Virus record (IMG/VR): IMGVR_UViG_3300031965_000002 | Coordinates: 66,082-104,165 of that record | Source of the DNA: a virus | Reading direction: 5' to 3' (one strand) | DNA length: 38,084 nt | In this document: positions 17,969-27,396 of the stretch, one piece after another | Position numbering within the stretch: the stretch's first letter is position 1 | Layout: every line of letters starts with the position of its first letter | Program-made: the position numbers and the translations under genes | Notes under the pieces: generated by a model | Database searches by the model: none | The model's input: only the letters and a program-made list of their open reading frames with translations | Told to the model about the DNA's origin: nothing

Positions 17969-19816
17969 ATGTCTCATAACGAGTTAAAAACACTAATCAA
18001 CAAACTCGTTCGTACTGCGGATTTTCCTATGTACGAGAATCAGGGCGCAGGCGCAGGAAATGAGGCAGAGCGAGCCCGTGTTTCTTGGAAGAGATTCAAC
18101 GCAGGCTCGCAGTCTAATCTAATACAAGGTGGACCTTTGCCTACTGAGGTTGCTAGCCGTCTTGAGAACAAAATGGAAGAGTTTCGTAAAGAGTTTGAGC
18201 AGTTCGCTCAGAATGAAAAAACGAACAAGGTTCTATCAAAATATTCTGGTTTGATTTTTGCTTACTATGCTGCCGACTTTACAGGTAATGATTATCCAAG
18301 TAAAATGAAGAGAATGCCTGAATATCTTCAGCAAACGCTTGAGTTTGTTCGTAGTAATAATATTCAGCTACCAACCCTCGGTCAGGGCGGTGATAAGGGC
18401 ATTGGTACAACCCATTTTATGAGTCATAACGGTCATGCATGGGCTGAATATTCCCAACAAAAACAGCTTGGCGGAATCAATCAAGGTCGCGGTTCGCAAA
18501 ACCGCGAAGTTATGATGGTTACGAATCCTGCTATCGCAGAGCGAAATGGCTGGTCTTATGGCTCGTTTGCTGTTAGCGATGGAGCAGCAGGCGCGGGCCT
18601 CTTTATAGATACGACAGGCACCACTGGTGAAGGCCTACAGCCTATTTTATCGCTTCAGACAGGTGCGGATGCTCGCAAGAAGTTTTTTCAACAAGGTTTA
18701 GACCCAAAAGGTAGTACGATTATTCTTCCTCAAGGTCCAAATAGCGAAACGGCTGAGCCTGCAAAGAAATCTCAAATCGGGCGCTATGTGGAGTTTGACG
18801 GTCGCGAAGTCGCGCAAGACGTGACAGGCAATCCTATGTGGAAACCAGGTCTGACTCCTTCTCAACAAGAAAAAGCGCAAGATGCCTGGGAAAGACATCA
18901 GCAAAATATGGAAGCAATTGAGAACGGAACTCTTTACCAGATGCGATTACAAGAAGACGGTAGTATCACAGTTCGAAATATACAGACTAATGATATGTAT
19001 CCAATGACCTCATCGCAACTTCAATCGTTGCTGAAGCCAGGATACTTGAGACCAGATGTAACGCTTGCTCTTAAGCCTGCGGAGAGCGCCGAAGGACAGA
19101 CAGAAGAAACAGGTAGATTTGGAACTTTTCGCACATCTGATGAGCTTATGGCTGACCTTTCATCAGAAGATGGTCAAGGCTACTTTCGTATGCAGAATGC
19201 TATAGGTCCAGGTCGTGGCACAAATCGTAATCCATATAGCTTTGAGTCGTTGCGAGAGCTTCAACATTATCTTGGCGGTGGTCGAGTGTCTTTGAATGCA
19301 TATCGCTTGGCTGTGATTGGTCCTCAGTTCTCGACTGCCACTAATCTTGGCGAGGGACAGGGCGTTGCAGCGAACCCGTTCATGATGAGTCCAGAACACG
19401 CAGTAGACCCTGCTGTTGATTCTCTTGCGGTCGAAAGAGGCGTGAAGTGGGGTGTTTATATGACAACTGCTGCGCCACAGAAAATAGATGCTCAAGGCTT
19501 AAGAGGCTCAACCCCTTGGCGCAAGATAGCTTTGACGGATACCATTGAGCAGGCTTTCAACACTTTGGCTAGCGAAGCATCCAAGGCCGACCCGGAGGCA
19601 GACTTGGCAGCGATTGGGCAGGACGCTAAACGTATCGCGCAACAGGCCCTTGGTAAGTCTCAAGAGATGCCTGCTGATGCTCAGTTACCTGCTCAGGCTC
19701 CCGTTCCGATGCAGCAGCCAGAGGTCAATACACAGAATTTCGATACAGGTATTGTTCAACCTGGAAATAATACAACGGCTTCGTTGCGTCGTTTGATGCG
19801 TAAACTTAGCAAATAA
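17969..19816 (+). CDS. Hypothetical protein, candidate head-internal protein
   Basis: 615 aa; AAGGGG RBS; G/Q-rich; N-term LINKLVRTAD and C-term TASLRRLMRKLSK. Confidence 0.8.
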   Translation: MSHNELKTLINKLVRTADFPMYENQGAGAGNEAERARVSWKRFNAGSQSNLIQGGPLPTEVASRLENKMEEFRKEFEQFAQNEKTNKVLSKYSGLIFAYYAADFTGNDYPSKMKRMPEYLQQTLEFVRSNNIQLPTLGQGGDKGIGTTHFMSHNGHAWAEYSQQKQLGGINQGRGSQNREVMMVTNPAIAERNGWSYGSFAVSDGAAGAGLFIDTTGTTGEGLQPILSLQTGADARKKFFQQGLDPKGSTIILPQGPNSETAEPAKKSQIGRYVEFDGREVAQDVTGNPMWKPGLTPSQQEKAQDAWERHQQNMEAIENGTLYQMRLQEDGSITVRNIQTNDMYPMTSSQLQSLLKPGYLRPDVTLALKPAESAEGQTEETGRFGTFRTSDELMADLSSEDGQGYFRMQNAIGPGRGTNRNPYSFESLRELQHYLGGGRVSLNAYRLAVIGPQFSTATNLGEGQGVAANPFMMSPEHAVDPAVDSLAVERGVKWGVYMTTAAPQKIDAQGLRGSTPWRKIALTDTIEQAFNTLASEASKADPEADLAAIGQDAKRIAQQALGKSQEMPADAQLPAQAPVPMQQPEVNTQNFDTGIVQPGNNTTASLRRLMRKLSK

Positions 19817-19818
19817 TA

Positions 19819-19850
19819 GAGGATTTTTCTAGCGAACATGCGTAGTTAGA
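19819..19850 (+). promoter_or_regulatory. Putative late-promoter-like motif (AGGATTTTT...TAGAAG)
   Basis: Intergenic, upstream of the protease gene; similar motif at 33387-33421 and a related one at 28867-28894. Confidence 0.35.
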
Positions 19851-19878
19851 AGAACCGCAAATAATAAGAGGAATACTT

Positions 19879-22800
19879 ATGGGTTTTACGAAACGAGCAT
19901 CAAGCACTGGTAGTCCTATTCATTTAGAGGCCCTTAATGTGCCACAAGGTAAAGAATGGGACTTGATTAATAAAGATTCTCTCATTAAAACAGCATCCTT
20001 ATCCAAAGGGAAGACTATTGATTTGAATGGTTTTAATCTTGAGGCCGCTGTTGAAGAAAGCCCGGACCATCTCTTTGTGAAGGTTTTCGCAATTAAGCAA
20101 GATGAGGTCAATGATAATGGCGATGCCTTCTCCGCTGGTGAACTTAAAAAGGCGACAAGCACGTTTATCGGATGTCCAGTATTCGTTAACCATCAGAATG
20201 ATGACGTTGAAAAAGCTCGTGGTATGGTTGTTCACGCATGGTTTGACGACGAGGCGGGCGGCATTTATTGCATTAACAAAGTTGATAAGACAGCTTATCC
20301 ACAGCTTGCTCGTGGTATCGAAGAAGGTTACATTATCGGATGTTTTCCACCGGATGCTCCTGTTTTAATGGCAGATGGCACTGAAAAGCCCATTGTTGAC
20401 GTTGAGGCTGGTGACGAGGTTTTGACACATCTTGGTAATATTAAAAAAGTTCTTGGCCGTCGCCAGCGAGGATATAAATATCCTTTGTTTAGAATTAAGT
20501 TAGAGGGTATTGAACAACCTCTTATTTGCACTTCTCATCATCATTTGATGGCTTATAAGCTTCCAGAAGATTGTCTTTGTGGATGCGGAGAAAGACTGCT
20601 CGAAACAAAAGACCCGAGAATGACTGCTAAATCATTTGGCAGAAAATTCAAGACTGGTCATAATATGAGAGGTCAATCTGTTCAACACGAAGCTATACAA
20701 AAGACTAAGGCTTGCGATCTGTCGATTGGAGACTTTTTGTTTGAGCCTCATTTTGTCGATGAGAGTGCCGATTCTGTAATTACAGAGGACGAAGCTTTTC
20801 TTATTGGTCTTTTCTTGGCGGAAGGTTCTTTTGAAAAGCGCAATAAAGTCCGCTATGCGGCCATCTTTAATTTTGGTTCCGACGAATTAGAAACACTAGC
20901 TTTTCGTTGTAGTGAGAAATTGGAGAAGGTTTTTAGTCAATATCATTTGCTTCCTAAGACAGATTATTATCCAGATGCATCACAGACTAGGGTATCTCTA
21001 TATGGAAAACCAATTGCTGAATGGTTTTACAAGTGGTGTGGCGAATATTCTGACGGAAAAGCTCTTCATCCAGATTTATTAAAACTTGGAACAGAGAAGA
21101 CCGCCGCCTTACTAGCAGGATACATCGAGGGAGACGGTTACAACGTTAAAAAGAAAACGTATGGAGCTGCAACTGTATCTCCACAATTGTCGAGCCAGCT
21201 AAGGCTATTGTTTAGAAAAATTGGTGTGCGGACGAGATATTCTAATCCAGATAACAAAAATAGATGGGGCTACAAAAAGGTTCATGAACTAACTTTTGGT
21301 CTTACGACTGCTGAATCTTTGCGCGAAAAACTTATTTATAAGCAAGCTGATATCTCTCAATATGAAGCGGCAGATTGGCATGACATAGAAGGCATGACGC
21401 TTCGTCGCATCGAAAGTATCGATGAAATTGATTATGATGGTGTGGTATATGATCTTGAAATTGAAGATGATCATACCTATTGCGTCAATCATATAGCAGT
21501 TAGCAATACATCGATGGGCGCTCAGGTCGGTCATTCTGTATGCTCAATCTGTCATAATAAAGCCCACACTGCCGACGAGTTTTGTACGCATATCAGGAAC
21601 CAGAAGACTCGCAAGTTTCAGATGAGGGCTCATGATTGTAAATATCACGAAAGCTCCGGTAGACCCATAGACGACTGTCCCGTGTGTGGTTGTCGCTCTG
21701 GTGAGAAGAGAGCAAACGCCACTGAGGGTCTCAGGGTCTTCGAGTGGAACTATGATATTAACTTCATCGAAGATAGTTTTGTCGTAAATCCTGCGTGTCA
21801 TGATTGTTTGGTTTGCGATATTCTAAATGTCCCTGCTATTGAGAGCCGTCTTGCATCGAAGGTTGCTGAGTTAGAAAAACTTGCATCTTCATACGAAAAC
21901 CGCATTTCTACGGGCAAGATGGAAAAAGTTGCAGGCAATATGGAAGTTCAGGCCTTGAATGACGCGATGAATCTTATTGAAAAGGTTACTCGTGCGATTA
22001 TGGCTCAGAAACAACAGATAGACATGGAATATGCAAGCGACCTTATCGAGGTTCTTGCAAATATTCAAAGTACGACTGATGAACTTATTGAAATGGGTTA
22101 CAGTCAATTACCCTCGCCCTCGGAGAGTGAAATTATGTTCGGTTCCAATACTGCGGCTTCGCCTGCTGAGGGCGGAGGAGCCGTTCAGGTTGATGACCCT
22201 AATATGCTTGGGGCTCAGCAGCCTGTTGCGCCACCTCAGCCAGGTGGAGTAGAAACTGGAAATTATGGAAATCAAATTGGTACAGTTACCCGCCCAACGT
22301 TTTCCTCCAATAATTTCAGTTCTAAGGAGGAATTTTTGAAAAGAGCAGAGAACATTAGAGATAATCTAGACAGATTGCGCTCTATCGTTGTCGATCAAGA
22401 GCAGTATGAAGTTGCGGGTATGAGTTCGAAAGAAAACAATAAGGAGTCAAGTTCTATGGCTAAGCCTAAAGATAATGAGACCAAGACTGCGGCGGGTCAG
22501 GGTGTTACGCCAGAACAGGCAGAGGTAATCACTCAGAAGCAGTTCGATTCTGCCAACCTTTCTTTGCATGGTCGCCAGGAGGCGCATTATGAGACAACTA
22601 CAGAAGGTGATGAACAAATTGGTGGTTCTGAGAGAGTAAACGACACTACAACCGCCTCGCCTCAAGTTCGTTTTGATAATCCCTACGAGTTTATTACTCA
22701 GGCTCAGTTGGCGGAGATTCAGGATGGATATATTGTTCGCTGGGAATCATATCCCGAGGTAGTTACTGAGAAACAGTGGGACGAGATTAGCCGAGAGGTT

Positions 22801-25800
22801 AGTGGTCGTCTTCCCGAAGACTATACAAATGAGATTACACAGGCTCAGCTAAGAAGCCTGCTTTCAACACATCGTTGGGAAGATCCGGCGACTATTACGC
22901 AAGAGCAGCTTGCTAACCAAGGTTCCACAATGCCGCACGGCGGAGACGCTTCGCGATGGAAGGCTGCTTACACGTTTGATCCCAAGGCTCTTGTTAAGTC
23001 TGCTACGAATGCTGTAGCTGACGCTATTGCCAATTATGGTCTATCCCCAAGCGATATTCAGAAGTCTATTGTTGCTATGACGATTACGCCACAGTCTCAT
23101 ATGAAGGCTGCTTACTTGACTCTTGTCAACGCATTGCCTCAGAAAATTGAAGACCGTGCTGCCGCTCGTGACCGTAGCGCATACTTCAACCGTGTTGCTG
23201 GTTCGAAGTCAAATGACAAGCCAATCAACGGATTCCTTGGCGCTCTTGCTGATAATATTGGTTACGCAAAGGCTGAAGACTTTATCGATGCTATCAAATT
23301 TGTTGTAAATGACAAAAACGTATTTGCTTCTGCTGAGCAGCTTGCTCACAAGAAGCTTGCTTCTGTGTCTGCGCCAGAAGAGATTCTTGATAAGAATGCT
23401 CGCTTTGCTGAGGCGTTCTCCGAGCTTTATGTGGGGGCAAATGATGGTATCTACAAACTTTGTGGAACTATTAGGGAAGACCTGGAAGGTGCTGATCCAC
23501 AAGATCAGCCTGTCTTTTTGGAAACTGTTGTAGCTTACTCTGAGAAAACAGTTGGTAAGCCAATCGTTCTTGCTTCGCTCGAACTTGATGAAGAAAATAA
23601 AACCTTTGAAGCTATTGTCAAGGAAGAGTCTGTTGCCTCTAATGAAGAGATAAAGGCATTCGCCTCGCTCAAGGAAAACAACTTTAAGTCTGCCGAGCAT
23701 CAGTTTGGTGGACCTGAAGAAGAAGATTGGGATGAGCAGTTCGCAGAAAACGCAGCCGATGAAGCTGCACGTAAGGCAGAAGAGAAAGAGAAGCAACAGC
23801 GCGCCGCTTCTCGTAACGAGAAACTAGAAAAGGCCGCTCAGATGATGGGCGGACAGATGCCAACAGGACTCGGTGATGGCATGGGCGGCGGTGCTTCGCT
23901 TCCAACTCCACCTGATGCTGCTGGCGCTCAGCCCGGCCTAGAGAGCATGGATAATGGTATGATGGGGGGCGAATCTGATTTTGCAGACGGCGACCTCGAT
24001 CCAGCCCCTCCCGGCTCAAAGTGCCCTGTCTGTGGTTCTGAGGACGTTGATATCATGGGCGGTCAGGGCAAGTGTAATAACTGTAGCTCTGAGTTCGTCT
24101 TCAAGGTTGACATTGAAGTTACCAAGTGGGCTGACCTTACCCCTGACGAAGAGGGTGGAAATGATATGGAAGGCGAAGGCTTCGCAGTTGATGACGAGGC
24201 TGGCTTCGAAGAAGATATTCCTGTTGCAGCCTTTACTCGCATTACCGACAATGCTCTTAAGAAAATTGCTCAAGCCGGAACAAAGCTTGGTTCGGTCAGC
24301 CCTTATAATGGCTCGACAAACACGGTTCAGGTTTCTGATAACGAATACCATTGTCTCAGCACTGGTCGTCGCTACTCTATCGCTCAGGCGATGAAGGGAG
24401 ACGATTGGTATATGCAGTGGACATGGACCCCGCCCGTCGTTGATAGTTGTCCAAGTTGCCGTCGCTTGAAGAAGACCTTCGCAAGCGCTCTTGAACAGTT
24501 CGGTATGAACGATAGCGAGTTCGAGGCTCTATCTCTTGAAGACCGTGGTAAGGTTATCATCTCGATGAGTAACAAGGGTCTTTTGAATCGTGTCAAGACC
24601 GCAAGCACCGAGTCGGTATTGGCTGATTTCAAGAAGACAGCTTCGCTCGGCGTTGGCGTTGATTTCCCTGTAGAGAACTGCCGTGAGCTTCTTGCTCGTC
24701 GCTTCGGTGAGAATGCAATCGCTCTTAGCGGTCCTGATGAGGGCTCTAACCTTGTTGACTCCGTATGTAAGCGTCTTGCTAAGGCAAGTATCTATAGCGA
24801 TAAGATTGCTGTTAAGATTGCAGAGATTTGGTCCGAGCCTGATGCATGTATCGAGTGTCTCGAAGACTTTATTCGCAGCGGCTTCTCTGCTAAACAGTCT
24901 TCGTTTGTCTGCGATCAACTCAAGACCAAGTATGCTCAAGTTGTTGAAATGCTTGCAGATGAGATTGAGTCTGACCCATTCGATCATGTAGCCCCTGAAG
25001 GCGGCTTCGGCGGATTGGATGAATTTGCTGAAGATGCAACTAGCGTGTTTGATGACGTTGATCCATTTGCTCCTGGCGCTGAGGATGCTGGTGTTATTCA
25101 GATAGAGATTCCTCTCGATGTTCTAGAGAACTTTGATGAAGCAATCGATAAGGCTCTTGGCGAAGACCCTGCTCTTGAAGATCATCATGGTGAGGGCGCA
25201 TTACCTGAAGGCGAGGCGGAAATTCCGCTTCCCGCCGATGCGGTAGACGCTATCGATGAAGTCGCTGACGATGCTCTCGATGCGGCAACCGTAGTAGAGG
25301 ATGCCGTCGAAGAAGGGCCTGTAACTGAGGAGCCAATCGGTGAAAACAGTGACGATGATGGCGACGATGATGGTCCTGATGGGGGCGGCGCTCCTACAAG
25401 CGAGATGGGCTACCCCGAAGGTAAGGAAGAAGATGACGGCACTCAAGTAGTTGAGGGCATGGACTCTAAACCAAAAGCACCTGGAATGGGAGCCTATGCT
25501 AAAAATTCTCAGGGGATTAAGAAGGAATCTTCACAGGAAGTCTTGTATCCCATACAAGAAGAAACCCAGGAGCAGGTCATGCGTAACTCGGAGGCTTTCA
25601 AGCCAGGCAAAATTAGCAAATCCCACAAGGTAAGCCTTGATTTGAGTGCTGTTCAGGCCTTGCTTGCTAAGCACGCTAGCGAAAGCACAGTTAAGCAAGT
25701 AAACGTGCAAGATAAGCCTGAGATCGAGCCCATTTCCAATGTAAGCAAGTCTCAGATGGGTCATGAAGAGAAGCTTTCTCTTGAAGACCCAACAGCTCCT

Positions 25801-26721
25801 TCAGTAGGAACTGGCGCAACAATGGGCAAGGAGCCCGATGATATCGTTCCTACCGATTCGCCAACCGTTCCACACGGAAACAGTGAGATGGGCCATGAAG
25901 CAGATCAGGGCTATACCGCTGAGGGTGGCAATGAAATGACTGGTGGCGATCAGGGTGCCGGCAACTCAAAGGCTGCTCATATTGCAGACCAAGTAGTTAA
26001 AACAAGCGGCATGGTCACTGACCTTGCAGACCGTATTATTAAGAGTGCTGATAAGGTAAATGAGGCAAAGCCAGTTTCGGATGATGAGAGCGTTGCTCCT
26101 ATCTCTAAGAACGAGGATCATCCTCACACGCCAGAAGGTAGCAAGATAAAACCATTTGAGTCGTCTGACCATGCTGAAACGGATAATATTCCAGAAGCAG
26201 GCTCCGGCGCTTACATGGGACATGAAGAAGAAAGTATTGGAGCTGTGCCCAAGGCACCTGAGCATCAGCCTGATATCCCATCTGGCGGTGGTTCCAATGC
26301 TAACTATGATAAAAATGACAAGTATTCTCCCGAAAAGCAGGAGAATATCAAAGGCACGGTCATCGCTGGTGGCGATGAGGAGTCTTTGGCAACCCGCAGA
26401 GCCGAAGCTATCAAGGTAGCGGCTCGTATGCTTCAAGCACAACTGATCAAGGCGGACGCAATGCCCGCTAAGGTAGCTGAGCTAGAACGATACGATGTTC
26501 CGCAAATCCATGACTTCGAAAGAGCTATGTTTGGGGTTGTCGAGAAGGGACTCGATACCGTGGCGCGGGGGACAGAGAAGCCCCTGGTTATCTCGGAAAG
26601 CAGCAATAGACGAGATGCCGGAATGGAGCTAAGCGCTCAAATCCAAAGCCTCTTTAGGCTTGACGGCGAGAACCGCCTTGCTGCTGAAGATGAGATTGCC
26701 CAAATGAGGCGTCTACGGTAA
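19879..26721 (+). CDS. Prohead maturation protease fused to a very long scaffold/core polyprotein, intein-containing
   Basis: N-terminal domain has NDNGDAF, PVFVNH (His), G|TSMG (Ser) and IEDSFVVNPA, typical of the HK97/assemblin-fold protease; followed by about 1600 aa of acidic, repeat- and Zn-ribbon-containing sequence; lies directly before the decoration and capsid genes. Confidence 0.8.
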   Translation: MGFTKRASSTGSPIHLEALNVPQGKEWDLINKDSLIKTASLSKGKTIDLNGFNLEAAVEESPDHLFVKVFAIKQDEVNDNGDAFSAGELKKATSTFIGCPVFVNHQNDDVEKARGMVVHAWFDDEAGGIYCINKVDKTAYPQLARGIEEGYIIGCFPPDAPVLMADGTEKPIVDVEAGDEVLTHLGNIKKVLGRRQRGYKYPLFRIKLEGIEQPLICTSHHHLMAYKLPEDCLCGCGERLLETKDPRMTAKSFGRKFKTGHNMRGQSVQHEAIQKTKACDLSIGDFLFEPHFVDESADSVITEDEAFLIGLFLAEGSFEKRNKVRYAAIFNFGSDELETLAFRCSEKLEKVFSQYHLLPKTDYYPDASQTRVSLYGKPIAEWFYKWCGEYSDGKALHPDLLKLGTEKTAALLAGYIEGDGYNVKKKTYGAATVSPQLSSQLRLLFRKIGVRTRYSNPDNKNRWGYKKVHELTFGLTTAESLREKLIYKQADISQYEAADWHDIEGMTLRRIESIDEIDYDGVVYDLEIEDDHTYCVNHIAVSNTSMGAQVGHSVCSICHNKAHTADEFCTHIRNQKTRKFQMRAHDCKYHESSGRPIDDCPVCGCRSGEKRANATEGLRVFEWNYDINFIEDSFVVNPACHDCLVCDILNVPAIESRLASKVAELEKLASSYENRISTGKMEKVAGNMEVQALNDAMNLIEKVTRAIMAQKQQIDMEYASDLIEVLANIQSTTDELIEMGYSQLPSPSESEIMFGSNTAASPAEGGGAVQVDDPNMLGAQQPVAPPQPGGVETGNYGNQIGTVTRPTFSSNNFSSKEEFLKRAENIRDNLDRLRSIVVDQEQYEVAGMSSKENNKESSSMAKPKDNETKTAAGQGVTPEQAEVITQKQFDSANLSLHGRQEAHYETTTEGDEQIGGSERVNDTTTASPQVRFDNPYEFITQAQLAEIQDGYIVRWESYPEVVTEKQWDEISREVSGRLPEDYTNEITQAQLRSLLSTHRWEDPATITQEQLANQGSTMPHGGDASRWKAAYTFDPKALVKSATNAVADAIANYGLSPSDIQKSIVAMTITPQSHMKAAYLTLVNALPQKIEDRAAARDRSAYFNRVAGSKSNDKPINGFLGALADNIGYAKAEDFIDAIKFVVNDKNVFASAEQLAHKKLASVSAPEEILDKNARFAEAFSELYVGANDGIYKLCGTIREDLEGADPQDQPVFLETVVAYSEKTVGKPIVLASLELDEENKTFEAIVKEESVASNEEIKAFASLKENNFKSAEHQFGGPEEEDWDEQFAENAADEAARKAEEKEKQQRAASRNEKLEKAAQMMGGQMPTGLGDGMGGGASLPTPPDAAGAQPGLESMDNGMMGGESDFADGDLDPAPPGSKCPVCGSEDVDIMGGQGKCNNCSSEFVFKVDIEVTKWADLTPDEEGGNDMEGEGFAVDDEAGFEEDIPVAAFTRITDNALKKIAQAGTKLGSVSPYNGSTNTVQVSDNEYHCLSTGRRYSIAQAMKGDDWYMQWTWTPPVVDSCPSCRRLKKTFASALEQFGMNDSEFEALSLEDRGKVIISMSNKGLLNRVKTASTESVLADFKKTASLGVGVDFPVENCRELLARRFGENAIALSGPDEGSNLVDSVCKRLAKASIYSDKIAVKIAEIWSEPDACIECLEDFIRSGFSAKQSSFVCDQLKTKYAQVVEMLADEIESDPFDHVAPEGGFGGLDEFAEDATSVFDDVDPFAPGAEDAGVIQIEIPLDVLENFDEAIDKALGEDPALEDHHGEGALPEGEAEIPLPADAVDAIDEVADDALDAATVVEDAVEEGPVTEEPIGENSDDDGDDDGPDGGGAPTSEMGYPEGKEEDDGTQVVEGMDSKPKAPGMGAYAKNSQGIKKESSQEVLYPIQEETQEQVMRNSEAFKPGKISKSHKVSLDLSAVQALLAKHASESTVKQVNVQDKPEIEPISNVSKSQMGHEEKLSLEDPTAPSVGTGATMGKEPDDIVPTDSPTVPHGNSEMGHEADQGYTAEGGNEMTGGDQGAGNSKAAHIADQVVKTSGMVTDLADRIIKSADKVNEAKPVSDDESVAPISKNEDHPHTPEGSKIKPFESSDHAETDNIPEAGSGAYMGHEEESIGAVPKAPEHQPDIPSGGGSNANYDKNDKYSPEKQENIKGTVIAGGDEESLATRRAEAIKVAARMLQAQLIKADAMPAKVAELERYDVPQIHDFERAMFGVVEKGLDTVARGTEKPLVISESSNRRDAGMELSAQIQSLFRLDGENRLAAEDEIAQMRRLR
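20341..21507 (+). mobile_element. Intein (389 aa, LAGLIDADG) inserted just before the protease TSMG motif
   Basis: G/CFPPDAPVLMADG; CTSHHHL; LIGLFLAEG; LAGYIEGDG; VYDLEIEDDHTY; IAVSN/T. Confidence 0.92.
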
Positions 26722-26750
26722 AGAACCCATAGCCTTAAGGAGAATTGCAA

Positions 26751-27302
26751 ATGGCTCTTATTGAAGTATTCCACGTTGTTGCGTCTAACTATGACGTTGA
26801 CCCAAACCATGATGCAGTGGGACACCCCATTGTTGAAGGTCAGTTTGTTGCCCTAAACAGTGACGCTTATGTCACACAGTCCAATGGTAACTCTGAAATC
26901 ACTCAACGCCCAATCGGTCTCGCTGGTGATACCATCGCTACCGACCAGGGCTACACGCCTTACGCTGCTGATATTGTAATCAGTGGTTCTGGTTCGACTC
27001 GCTCGACTTCTAACCGTGTCTCTGACTTCTTTGATGAGACTCGTGGTTCGAGTAAGATCACCGTTTACCACGGTGGCGGCGAGTTCTGGACTGACCAGTA
27101 CGCTACTGGTCAGAACTGGGAGAAGGGTGGCTCTTGCTACGTTGATTCGACTGGTCTTTTGACCATGACAAACCCTGGCTCCGGTCGTGAGGTTGGTCGT
27201 TGTATCACTGGCCCATCCGATTACCCAAGTGGTGTTCCTGGCGTTGATGTAGAGGGTTCTATCTCTCTTGGTCAGTTTGTTAGGTTCCAGTTGGTTCTCT
27301 AA
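26751..27302 (+). CDS. Putative head decoration/cement protein
   Basis: 183 aa from ATG 26751 (AAGGAG RBS); beta-rich/G-rich (PIGLAGD, SSKITVYHGGGEFWTDQY); immediately upstream of the MCP. Confidence 0.7.
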   Translation: MALIEVFHVVASNYDVDPNHDAVGHPIVEGQFVALNSDAYVTQSNGNSEITQRPIGLAGDTIATDQGYTPYAADIVISGSGSTRSTSNRVSDFFDETRGSSKITVYHGGGEFWTDQYATGQNWEKGGSCYVDSTGLLTMTNPGSGREVGRCITGPSDYPSGVPGVDVEGSISLGQFVRFQLVL

Positions 27303-27396
27303 TCTGTAGTTGGATTAGGAATCTGAGGCTAACTAGCCTAATAAATAATAAATAACTTGGTCTCTATAAGGGACTAATGTAAGGAGAAAGAATCAA

